In this document: one piece after another, positions 52,352-64,000 of the stretch
How the letters are laid out: every line of letters begins with the position of its first letter
Position numbering within the stretch: the stretch's first letter is position 1
Source of the DNA: Phoronis australis
Lineage: Eukaryota > Animalia > Phoronida
Assembly: GCA_002633005.1 (NCBI GenBank)
Contig: NMRA01000313.1
Location: 124,001-188,000 of the forward strand
DNA length: 64,000 bases
Reading direction: 5' to 3'
Made by a program: the position numbers and the translations under genes
Notes under the pieces: generated by a model
Told to the model about the DNA's origin: nothing
The model's database searches: none
What the model saw: the letters and a program-made list of their open reading frames with translations, nothing else

Positions 52352-54693
52352 ATAGTATGTATTTATTATAGTGACAAGAACAATTAAATCAAACAGTATA
52401 ACATTCGTAAGCCTAAGATAAGTACCCAGCCCAGTTGTGCTTATTAGTCGCTTTAACCACACAACTCAGATGTAGGCCTACCATAAATGCGTCAGTTTCT
52501 AAGTTCAAAAGCAGACTTGATATATTTGGTAAATTGCTTAGGGAAATACTGAAATAACAGTTTTAACGTATCTAATCTATTGAAATCTGCAAAGTTCGGG
52601 ATTTGAAGTGAAATATTATTAAACAGAATGATAGACCTCCGTGAGTTATAAAGAGAACGATCAAACACAAAATGTAACTTATCCTCTTGTATTAGATGGT
52701 ACTGCAATCCGTGACTGCCCCGTGGTAAGCGACTGCACAGTGTATAAAAGCGCATACAGTAGATAAAAAATACTACCGATACGTCATTGAACGATAAAAT
52801 TTACATGTAGTAGCATGCTCCTAAGATTCGCTTATACCTGTAGACGCGAGTGAGTGCCCTCTTTGTGCAGGTGTATGCTGTGGATACAGACACACGCACT
52901 GTCATCGACAAAAGCGAATAATCTCGCCCTTGCGGAAGGTTCTTAAGCGATTTGATTTGACAGTGCATACAGTACACGTATTTTACTGTACATGTAGATT
53001 ATAACTACACGTAAGATCACGTTCTTGTGGAATGTAATGTAGCTAGCAGGAATCAGGTGTAACAACTGCTGTCAAATTCGTTTCAATATTCTCGTAGATT
53101 ATTACATGTAACTCAGACTAGAATATGCTATAATATTGAGACGGAATTTAAATAAATGTTTTTATTGACTTAATGAATTACTTTCCCAATAAAACCAATT
53201 AAAACTTCAATGGTTTTAAATTCAGAAACAAAATAAGAGCTTAAACTCATTTTGTAGACTAAAGTCATGTTCATGCAGCACGTGCCATTTTTTGTTAAAC
53301 ATTTAGTCTTCATTTGAAACGTCAAAAAGATACATGGGCGTGGCTTGATGTTGCTGAGTACCGACTTCTGGTCGAACATAAACAGTGTAGGTTTTGTCTC
53401 TGTAAAAACCAACAGAAGGTAGTGCGCTAATTTCTGTCAACAAATTGTAAAACTGGAAATTAAATTTACTGGTGACGCAAATCATCGATTGATTTCACGC
53501 AAATGCGCTTCAAATACTTTAAACATTCCATAACCTTTGTATGAGAACGAACTGCGTTCGTCATATTTTCTTTATGCATTCGAAAATTTTACACGAAGAT
53601 CTTATTATTAATAACCTTTCGTGGTCAACACGCTTAAGCGACAGCTCTTTAAAAGCAATAGGAGCTTTGAGTTATGAGAGTTATGCATTTACATTCAACG
53701 CCTATTGTCCGTTAATTAATTAAATGTTGACCAACTAAGAGAATGGAAATGAGCTCAGGAATCAAAGCTTTTAGCACCTACATGTATTTCTCCAGACAAT
53801 ATAAATAACGCGAGACAAGATCAAAATTTTAATCGGTCTGAGAAATCACCAGGTAAGTTTACTCGATGAGAGACGTTATCCAGAACTTTCAAACAAAACT
53901 ACATGTAAGTCAAACCTATGTCTTTCATTAAAAAGCATGCAGTGAATTTGCTCTTAAAAATATGAACGGAATTTGCTTACTAACGGAGTGGGTGTTTTCA
54001 TTAAGTTACGTCATTTTGATTATGTTAGAGTTTATTATAGTTCTCTTGGTGTTTATTTACTATGCATGTACGTGAACATTAATGAAATGAAGTAATTGTC
54101 GTGTTTGTCACGTTTTTGCTTTCTCTGAGGAAGCATAATGACAGATTTCAAAAAAGCTGGCGCAAACTAGCGGAGACTGGCAATAATTCGAGTCAGTGAA
54201 GTTTTGCCACGTTGTTTCCCCACACACTACTCAAACAATTCGCAACTGACGTTACTCGTTACGTGTTCAGATAATGGAAAAAAGTTCGATGACCTCTGTA
54301 AATCAAACATTTTTCCGCATGATATCCCTGTCGAAAGTTCCGAAAACACAAAATTCACACAGAAATTAAAAAATTCACTAGCCAAACCAATGTTTGTGAG
54401 GCTCAAGAAAGGAGGACGGTCACGCAATGATTGGGTGTAATTTTCAAAAAAAAAAAACGTGGCCAGATTGTCTTCATAAAAACATTCATAATGAAATAAC
54501 AAATTAGACGTTGTTGCACTTTTTTATTATCTTTTCGTTCAGATTTTTGAATAACAGTTACGCCAGTTCTAATTATTGACATCATTTGATGCAAACATCT
54601 GTAACATTGTAAGGATATTTGCAGCGTTTTGGTGAACACCCGAGTCCATAAATGTACTGAAATGTAAGTAACGGGCCAACATTTTTTAACTAC

Positions 54694-55185
54694 TTCGACA
54701 GTTTCGCCGTATGTCATCCGGCTTGATCACAATAAAGTGATGATGTGTAGTACCATTATCTACCGCTAGAAGTCTACCTTAGGAGGGGAAAAGTCATGAT
54801 GGAAAAGTTTCCCTCGTCTCTGTTCATTTTAGATTGATGTTTTTCTGACTGATAATCGCTTCTTTACTTTTATTGCACGTTTCTTTACATTATACTTTTA
54901 TGTTATCCTGGTTCATGGTTGTTAACAATCTGGTCGGTTACCGTAGCAAAATAACTTCAGACTGTTTACAGCGCTGTCATCTTTGTGTTCTTCAATACGT
55001 TTCCGTAAATGAAGTGATAACCATCAGAAAAAAATGCGTCCAATGTGAGAAGAGACAAGGGAAACTTCACGATGTGACACTCTCACGATAGACTCCTAGT
55101 GGTATGGCAATACACATCCTCACCGCCTCATCCGTCGAATGTATTGTGATCAAGCCGGATGACATTCGGCGAAACTGTCGAGATA
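54694..55185 (+). mobile_element. Second Penelope-like relic: endonuclease tail plus inverted pseudo-LTRs
   Basis: Inverted arms at 54694-54778 and 55090-55182. With one frameshift in an A-run, 55008-55099 reads NEVITIRKNASNVRRDKGNFTM*HSHDRLL, resembling the Penelope/Poseidon tail KEAI.IRK....MNRD.G...LS..YD.LL. Confidence 0.7.
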
Positions 55186-58100
55186 ATTTCAAAATTTTTG
55201 GCTGCGACAGTAGGAAATTGTTACTTACATGTATCCTACCGGCTAACAGAGTCTATGCAGTGATCATAGCATTGCACGATTCATTTGAATCTGTCCAGCT
55301 AGTTACGGCTGTTCCGCTAATTTATTACTAAATCTTGATATGTTTCAGGTTGTCCGTAACCACAACAGTTAGCAATGGTCAAAAGCAGTGACAAATCTAT
55401 TCGTCTGGTCACGATCCTGCTGCTTGCTGTCATGCTAAGCGTCCAATTCATTCCATCGGAGGGGAGGCACATTGTCACTGCGGACGAATCTGGGGAATTG
55501 GCTGGAATATGTAAGGCCAATTTACACGTCTTCGACGGAATAACACATTGAAGATTTTAAATATACTTTCTTTGTTCATTTTCGTAATAACAAAAACAAA
55601 TTTTAACGCAAACCAGTTTTGTCAAGCCTGATATCCAAATGATTATCCTACTGTACATGTACGACACGACATCGACTTTTCCAAAGTTAGAAAACTAACA
55701 GGGTTGTTCAAAATGTTGCCATTTGTAATTTAGTACCGCTTCGCTTCCGAAAACGTCACAATTACATAGTTGAGTGGCATGTCCAATCAACTATGCGTCA
55801 GGGCGTTCAGCCACAGTTTCCCTTGTTCATATAGATCATCGATCTCCAACATGTTGTTAAGACTGCTACTTGTACACAGGGCATGTTGCAAAATTGTTGC
55901 AAAAACGTTTGAGGATGGTGAAATAATGTTATCAATTGAATATAGATCTTTGCTAGACGAAAATCTTAATGTACACGTTTGAATGTAAGAAAAATGTCAT
56001 TACGCCTCAAAGATTCCGTGATATCATACATGAATCCAATTCACGAAGCCTTACAAAATGTCAAACACATGCGCGTGCGGTTGCACAAGATAGGGTGTCA
56101 ATCAATATCCGTTTCTGAATGAACGCAATGATAAAATGAGTTGAATTTTACATTGATGAATTGACGTGTCCATCATAATATGCATCAGGGCGCTCAACCA
56201 CCGTAGTCATTCTCATTCACTCTGGCGCCGAGTGTGATAATTGGCCTGGTCAAACACTGGTACATTTTATGGGCTTCTTGTATATAACTACATGTGCATG
56301 AATACTAAGATAGAGTTGATGTTTTATAAAACTTCATTAAACAAAAGGTGGCGCTGTATGCTACATTTGGCCAATCACAGGCCCAGCAAATGAGGAGGTG
56401 CAGAACTATTTTTAAAAATCTTTAAGAAGTCAATTGTTTGTGACTGAAGGCGGGCTTTCAACCGGTTTACATTAAAACTGATGTCACATGTGTTCCATTT
56501 CAGATACAGAGCCAGATGAAACTTTTTCGGCCCACCAACCTCAACCGTTAGGCGCCGGAGGTTTTATTTACTAAGAACTTCGCCCACGCAAATCTCTTGA
56601 ACATTTACACTGGGAACGTCCTGAAGAATAGAAGCAGTGAAGTCGCAGGATTTAAGTCAGTTAATTATTGTCACACACAGAACAAATAAAGGCCTACACT
56701 TTCACAATTTTAAGTGTGTTTAAACTGATTATCACGGAATGAATGTGTAGTTACGGATTCACTTCATATTGATGCAAAAGTTGTTGTTGTTTAGACACTG
56801 ATAAACACATGTCTGTTGATTCTGACAAGGCTTGCGTAGCCTAGACATTCTAACGAAAAGCTTCAGTGATCACGTGCTTAGCATGTAGTGCATGACAATA
56901 TTTCGCATTGTCTAGAGTGATCTAATTTTCGCAGCCCCGGGTTTGAGTGCCAGACCGTGCGATGCGCACATACAGTTTGACTTTTGACAGAAACAACTTC
57001 TGTACCGTGGCACCGATGGATGACGGAGCAGTTGCTCACGTGATATTTAATTAATCATTCTTTTATAAATACTGAGTGTTTACGTTTCATAAAAATCATT
57101 AACCAAATTTCTGATAAGAAAAACGAAGTAGAAAACTAAACTACGCAGAAAATAATGAAACAGAAGTAACCGAGAATCTTCAAAAACGGCATAGTCATAT
57201 ACTTGTACGCCTACAAAAATGGCCTCTTAGTTGTACTTGAGTTGTAAGTGATGCTTAGTTATATGCGTGAAACACTTAAACGCCAAACTTTTCCTTTAAA
57301 AAGCACATTTTCGGACACCGGAATGTGGGCGTAAATACTCACATACAGGGTAAACAGGGTGTCTTACAGTTCAGTGGAAAGAATAAATATATATGGAAAT
57401 AGGCATAAAAAGAAACATACGTGACATGACGTAAAAAGAGATCTGTAACCTGATTACATAAAATTTTCCTAGCAAATGACGATTACGTCAGAATATTCAT
57501 TGGAAAATATCCAAAATATGTTCCACGTGTCAGTACGTGTCTATTTTGTGAAAATTGACAATCAATAATGTGATCAAATTTTATTTGAAAATTGAAGTTG
57601 GAATATCAAAAAGGCAGTTACAGCTTATCAATTTGCTTCCATTTTCTGTGACTTTTATACAAATCATTAAGTCATTTTTGATAGAATCTCATGCAAAAAG
57701 AAGTAATTTAAAAACGATTTTAACACAGTTATGAAGAACTTTGCATGAAACATAGCATCAGAAAGTTCTATATGAAGCCGATCAGTCATTTTGCTATATT
57801 CCGAAGTTATCCAAATTAGGAATTTTTTTCAAGGGTCTTACATAAACGGAAACACAGTCACATTTCAACTCAATCACGGATCGAAAAAGTATACAGAAAT
57901 GAAATACGAAGAATACCGCCAAGACATAACCGTGTCACGTGACTGTAAATTCTGAAAACACACAATGCTAATATCTCTTCACTCCAGATAACGTTTCGTT
58001 ACAGTGTATATTTTCCCTGGATATAGTCAGACTAATATTCAAGATGTTAAGATTATAAAAGATACAAGGTTTCTACTACAATAATTTCCAATTTTTACAT

Positions 58101-58865
58101 GTTCAATTACGTCACTTATCAAAAATAGTTTGAGGGTAATTTATTTTGTATTTTGCCTTTTCTCAATCATAGCAAATGACCTAATTTTGCCTGCTGCCAG
58201 TCTCATTTTTGTCTCTGTAAACGGAGCGTCAGACCCAATCATTCACACTCTGCGGGACATATCATGTCGAACACAGACACGATTAAAATTAACTTCTCCG
58301 GTCGTGAACCAACATTCAAGAATTGTCTCTTTTCAAGTGTCAACCTTTCGTAAGCTGGTAAAGTGGTGAGTTCACTTCAACAAAACTAATTGCATTAAAC
58401 GCCCCTTCGTATTAAAACGTTATAACAGACCTTCAAAATCGACGAAGGACCTCTTCATGGGAAGTTACCGTAGGTGTGAACACTTTTGCATGTACTTCAT
58501 ACTGTCTCAAACAGGAACATCTACTACCGTTGAAATAAATTTCAGCATGAGTTATATCATCTAACAACACAGTTTGAATGAATATAACACATCATCACTA
58601 TAGGGTATTTCCATGTTGGTTCTCTCTAGAGTAATGAGCAGAGCACAGAAGCGACTTCTGATTGATCCTGACACAGATTTGCTGGACTGAAAATCAGTTA
58701 CAATAATGCGGTTCATTAATTTCAAGAGCAGAGGAATAATTTCCATAGTCAGCCCTCCCATTATGTTTGACTACGTTAAGATCACTGACTTATTTTAAAT
58801 TTTTGACACCGGCTGGGATCGAAATTCTCACCGTCGCTTTATTAGCCGCAGCGACTGGCTTTGTC

Positions 58866-58975
58866 GGCGGATACTTCTTCGCAGTGGGAAATGTATGGAA
58901 CGTTATGTCCTTGTCCATCCATTGATATTTCAAAATGTTTGCATTTTGTAAGATAAGTACAACCCACCAGAGAGC
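58866..58975 (-). pseudogene. Possible decayed THAP-domain fragment (DNA-transposon related)
   Basis: Across two frames, LVGCTY..KC and KYQWMDKDITFHTFPTAKKYP resemble the THAP N-terminal C..GC / ITFH.FP motif. Confidence 0.35.
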
Positions 58976-59199
58976 CATGGAAATTTAGCGACATCGTTAC
59001 AGCAGAAAAGGTGTTGAAACGCTGTTTCATACCAGCTAGTAGTTGAAACTTCCCATCTGCATTACATGGGATCTGTAGTGGCGCTGAACGCTTGTCTACC
59101 AAATACCTGATCGCCGTCTGGCGAATTAGTGAATTTCAATCTAGTCGAAACCCAGGATTGTGCCGATCACAAATAAAAACTTCCAACACAGGCGTTATA

Positions 59200-59645
59200 C
59201 CCCAAACTATCACGGCTATCAGATTACATGGAGGACAATTTACCTCGAGTGCCCATCCATCAGTCAATAATAAACTATCGTCGAAATATCTGATAGTGTT
59301 GATAGTTTAAGCTAGCGCTCCTCGTTGAGGATTGTCGCAAACCCAGCCATCGGTCCAACCGCCACCAAGAGCGTTAGCGGTATACCACCAGTTTGCAATG
59401 GACCCTAGGCATTCACCAGGAGCGCTGCGTATACTATCGAACCTATCAGATATAACGTCAATAGTTTGCATTGGACCCTAGGCCTCCAACTCTCACCAAC
59501 GGCTGACCGCAACCACTGGAGCGCTGGCGTATAATTATCAGATATACCGACGAGATTTTGTCTTGGAATCTAACCCTCCCACTATCCCTAATGGCTAACC
59601 GCCACCAGAAACGCTGGAGTTTGCTATCAAAACTATTAGATATAG
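59200..59645. repeat. Highly degenerate tandem repeat (units ~70-95 bp)
   Basis: Recurrent TATCAGATATA, GTTTGCA.TGGACCCTAGGC (59391, 59465) and CCACCA..AGCG blocks. Confidence 0.55.
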
Positions 59646-61995
59646 TGTACTCCTGTGCACGCGCCAAAATACCGAAGTCACCATTACGTGCTCACCCCGC
59701 GCCATTAAGGTGCTGAAACCTGTACAGTTCGGCGATAGCGTAGAGTCGATGCATATTCAAATTATTTTAAATGTTTAAAAATCATGGCAGAGTCGCAGTC
59801 TACATCATTGCCAACATCACTGGCTATAAGTAATATTGTGGGGCTCTGTTTAAAAAACTAAATCAAGCTGAGAAGATTTCTTCTCACGAATCTGCAGGAA
59901 TATGTGTCTGAATTTTGATATGATGTACACAGCAGGTAAACAGGATTCTATCGCATTAACTGCGTCAAACAGTGACTGAATGAACAAACATGGCCCTTCT
60001 TTCCACTGCTAAGACTCTACCGGCTGGTATTGAACAAACAAGACGAGTATAGAGCTGTTAAAATTCAGAGCCAATGCAATGACAATAGAAGAAGATATGT
60101 TTTTGGTTCACACTTTTTTGTTTCAATGGATGCTTCCCACCAGTACGATTTACTGTTTATGAAAATTACCCCACCCGGATCATTCATTGTTTTTTCAGGG
60201 GGTCGGTGTTGCCGTGTCCATCAAGATGAGGAGCTGTCAAAACCATTCAACATCAATGAGCACGATTATAACCATTATATGCCATCTGAGCTTCTCAGGT
60301 TCATTGAGAATATTGTGGTTCTGTTGTTCATAAAGTTAATTCAATCGTGTCATGCAGTGATTGCACGGAGACCCCCAGTCAAGTGAAGAGTGTTATCACT
60401 TACTGAAGCCGAAGAGAAACAGCGGACTTATTGTGCCAGCACCAGCAGTCATACTCAATATTGATCTTTGGCGAAAACATCTTGAGAAGCGGCATGAATG
60501 AGATTGTTCTAAAACGCTATTGACCCCCATACTCCACGACCCCTCGACTCACATCTCCCACAACCGACCTATACCCACGACCATTGGAAATAGTTGTTTG
60601 CTCTTTTTTCACAATTCACAATGACTTTCCCTTAAGACTTACCTTAACGCGCATGTGCTCTGGTTCAAGTCTCGTGGTTAAAAACAGAAAGTGGAGTGAG
60701 AACTTGACCTGAAAAGCGAGAGTACGTTAACGTGAATGTTTTTTTTTTGTTTCCTTTCTGCTGTATACTCGTTTACAATGTACTACATATAACGTAACTT
60801 TTTAGTTAACAAGTTGTTTTTTTCCAATTTTATTTACTCAAGAAAAAACATATTCGTCGGTTCCTCGCACCCTCCACAAAAAGGTTGAATCTGCCATTCA
60901 CTAAAGAGCAGACGAGACGATTACACTCTGCAGGGAACGATACTTGTAACGTTGACATTTCTTTGATTTGGTACGTCGCGTCGTTTTTTCTTGTTTTTGG
61001 CTTTCAGACTTGCTCAATTGACTCTCTTAATTGTAAAACACACGTAAAAGCCAGTCGACCTCACGGCCCGACTCGTTGCTCCTGTAATGCAGCGCTTGTT
61101 CTATGTTCAGATCGCGTTGAGCTTGAGTAGACTGGGTCGAGGAGGTTGTGATTCGTGTTTTCTTGGTATTAGCGAATTCTGTCTTTGAATGAATATGCAC
61201 GCATTGCGTCAAAATATTACCTTCCCATCGTACACGACGTTGATTTATTTGTAGAATTACATTCAAAATATATACAAGTTTTTAATGTCAAAGCATATCA
61301 TGATTAAGACATTAAATCAAAGAATCTATACTAGACATTCGTTGTTGTCTTCGTCACAAGCGGCGTCTGCAAAGCTTTTACTATTTTGATTAAACTAAAT
61401 AGAACACTCAAAGTGTTTACTACTTAATCCGATACAATACACGCTACCAGTGCTAAAAGACCTCATCATCAATCACAAACTCCAGATTTACCAAGCTATT
61501 GTTACATAACATGTAAAAAGCAACGAAAACTAGAGTACCTTGGACGGCAACAGTGGGTTTACAATTTTCAGGATTCTCACAATCAATAAAAGCAAACTTC
61601 ATCTAATTCCGCTACGTTTCCTAATTTACGAATTCATACTACAATAAGGAATTTAATTAGACAGTGCCTATATATATAAATTGTACTAAGATATTTGTAC
61701 TAGATTTACAAATATGCTCGTCTAGGAAAAAATTACAATGGTGAAAGCAAAATCATGCACGACGTTTATACACATTTACTGTAGAGTACACGGTAAAGGG
61801 TTAAACAGGAAGATATGCAACTAAGCATCACATCGGTTTTAATCAAGAATAATCGCAATATATTTGGCATAAGGCACACGATCAAGTACATAATTTACAA
61901 GAAAATGCATAGAAACCAGGAATATAGCTACACATATTTAGTGAACGGTGACGTAAATTTGGGGAAAGACGTAACACGGTGACAGTGTCTGTGTT

Positions 61996-62453
61996 TCACG
62001 GCACGTTGACGTAGGTGTTGTTGTTCTCTATGAACCGTGCCACAGTTTGATAGAGGAATTGGTATTGGCTCTGAAAAAAAGTACAGTCAAACATGTAGAT
62101 AGGAACATCGCACCAACTCACAGTTACTCCAAAAACGGAAAAATAAGCCTTATGAATAATAATCATCTTTAATACCTTATTCAAAGCCAATGCCTAGATA
62201 ATGATCCGACTCAGATGACCAGCCGAAATAAAACCATAAAGATAACATATATTTTTCAGAATTTAACATGACCAAATGGCTGATCAGTTACGGTACTTAT
62301 GCACATAACATAGTTACCAAAGAATTGATGCATTGTGGACGATATTCTTTGATGTTTTGAACAGCTTGAAGCACGTCAACTCCGTTTCCTGACTGGATTT
62401 TGTCGCAGGTTATTTTCAGCGCCAAGAACAGCCCACTTCTTTCCGCGCCGTTG
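61996..62453 (-). CDS. Receptor-type protein tyrosine phosphatase, last two exons (62453-62318 and 62070-61996), D2-like domain; 5' part outside the window
   Basis: NGAERSGLFLA...GVDVLQAVQNIKEYRPQCINSL|SQYQFLYQTVARFI: PTP signature-loop variant, DV...V..I...RP motif and QYxFLY Q-loop. 136-nt exon with TTTGCAG acceptor and TTG|GTAAC donor; last acceptor TTTTTTTCAG. Confidence 0.9.
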
Positions 62454-63184
62454 CTGCAAATCAATGCAATGCATCTGTTAGCATCTTCGTAAATCATCGC
62501 CAAAATCCGGTGTACTTGGCGAGTTACATTACTAGTAATCTATTGATGCGCATTTTTCAATCGTTTCTTAAGATTAACGTAGTCACGGGAACATATATTT
62601 GCGGCCAATTAAGCAATACTGGGTAGGATGGGTAGAAATAGAAAGACAACATTTTGTTCTGCCACGGTTCTGAAAATATCTCGCCAGATAAAATGCCAAT
62701 TGAAGTAAAGCAGTCGGCTAAATCTGTCACCTTGGTTACGAGCAGGTAATTGGGTTTTCTCCTAGGGAACCAATAGATATCATTGTACTTCAAATCTTGA
62801 CAGTTTCTTCCAGAAGATTGCACACTTCCAACTTGACAGAAACATGTTCATATCTGTTTGTAATATACTAGTTCAGTTTCTTTTTGATAGCATTTGATTT
62901 TGCGGTAATAACAAATCCCGCTGTTGTCTGAAGAAAAGAGCATAACTTCTGTAAGTCAAGATATCATGAGGATATAAAACCCTACATCGAAATGAACAAA
63001 TTTTTCATTGTAATCTATGTGGATAGTAAAGTAAATCCCCAGAAGTCATCAACATAAAATCAAAGATTACATGTACTTGATAGTCAATAAGCGACTTTAT
63101 ACCACAATATTGGCGTCAAATGGCAGATACAACCGTGTAATAACCCATAAAGTTATCTCACTAGTGAGATAACGATTTGGCGGG

Positions 63185-63260
63185 AAACCGAGGACGGAGT
63201 CGAACCCGGGACCTTGAGTTTGCTAGTCGCCGACCTTAACCACTACACCACGCAGCAGCT
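63185..63260 (-). mobile_element. tRNA-derived SINE head / tRNA-like sequence
   Basis: Minus strand TGGTGTAGTGGTTAAG (A box) and CCCGGGTTCGACTCC (B box), without an acceptor stem. Confidence 0.6.
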
Positions 63261-63598
63261 GACGTCATCAAACGTGAAAATAGAATACTTAAATGAGCAC
63301 GCGCAATAATCGCACGTTCAACAAACCGCATTGTACTGTACGTATACGCTACGGAAAATAAGACACATAATTTCCATAAAAATGATATCTTAATTCAATG
63401 AAATATTTCTCTCATGTCCTCTTACTTGTAAATCACCGATCTCCAGTTTGAATGCGGGGATCGTGTCGTCAGGATCTTTGGCTTGAAAATTATATTCAGT
63501 TACCAGTGGTAACCTACTTTAGCAGACGATAATTTCCCGGTCGAAGCTTAGCGTGAAAAAATCGTGTTTTAAGCTATAATAGTTGGTAAACGTTAATT

Positions 63599-64000
63599 TA
63601 TAAATTCAGTTTATTTCTATTATATTTAAGTTTTCAATTGGTTTTGAGTAAAAGCATTATTTGACAAAAATAGCCCGGCTTTTCTTAAAAGGTCACGACC
63701 TCCGACCCCGGGCCTCTGACATAGAAAGTAGTTACAAAGCCGTGGAGAGTCAGAAAAGGTAAATCGATTCATTGCAATGTTTCTCGTTTAGTATGTGGTA
63801 TAAATAGATTATTACATGTTCTCAGCCGTTATCCCCCTTATCTAGAGCCCTCGTGGATTTTGGAGAATTATCACCCTCGGGGCTAACGCCCCTCGGGCGA
63901 TAATTCNTATAAATTCAGTTTATTTCTATTATATTTAAGTTTTCAATTGGTTTTGAGTAAAAGCATTATTTGACAAAAATAGCCTGGCTTTTCTTAAAAG
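63599..64000. repeat. 93-bp duplication (63599-63691 vs 63908-64000) across the N at 63907; probable assembly/haplotype overlap
   Basis: Near-identical copies with one mismatch. The second copy begins immediately after the N. Confidence 0.85.

Larger units (their letters stand above)
51891..56163. repeat. Dispersed ~330-bp diverged direct repeat pair (51891-52226 and 55841-56163)
   Basis: Shared blocks CCAACATGTTGTTAAGA, CAGGGCATGTTGCAAAATT, GAAAATCTTAATGTA, CTCAAAGATTCCGTGATA and CCGTTTCTGAATGAACG. Confidence 0.85.

Noticed and set aside
63185-63260. Functional tRNA gene
   Set aside because: A and B boxes are present but the acceptor and anticodon stems do not pair, so it is treated as a SINE head.

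Overview
AT-rich, gene-sparse, repeat-rich animal genomic DNA with spliceosomal introns, Pol III tRNA genes and three single-N contig joins (3578, 31524, 63907). It is probably a marine invertebrate bilaterian, possibly a non-vertebrate deuterostome (inference). Almost all ORFs in the supplied track are spurious. Supported genes: (1) an Id/extramacrochaetae HLH gene on the minus strand with two coding exons (19048-18719 and 18148-18104), a core promoter, and an upstream BMP/Smad+CRE module closely resembling the vertebrate Id1 BMP-responsive element; (2) three intact tRNA-Pro genes plus two degenerate copies at 32.1-38.3 kb; (3) a 170-aa two-transmembrane protein ORF at 47946-48458; (4) the last two exons of a receptor-type protein tyrosine phosphatase (D2-like domain) on the minus strand near 62 kb. 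The most striking unexplained structure is a ~2.9 kb DINE-1/HINE (Helentron-type) element at 39.9-42.9 kb. Its internal ~145-bp tandem repeat carries about 17 co-oriented CTCF-like motifs and lies next to the tRNA cluster, making it a candidate transposon-borne chromatin boundary. Also present are two Penelope-like relics with inverted pseudo-LTRs and variant hammerhead-like cores, several MITEs, SINE heads, possible DIRS and THAP relics, a cluster of Su(H)/CSL sites around Id, and a possible decayed actinoporin-like gene inside the PTP intron.
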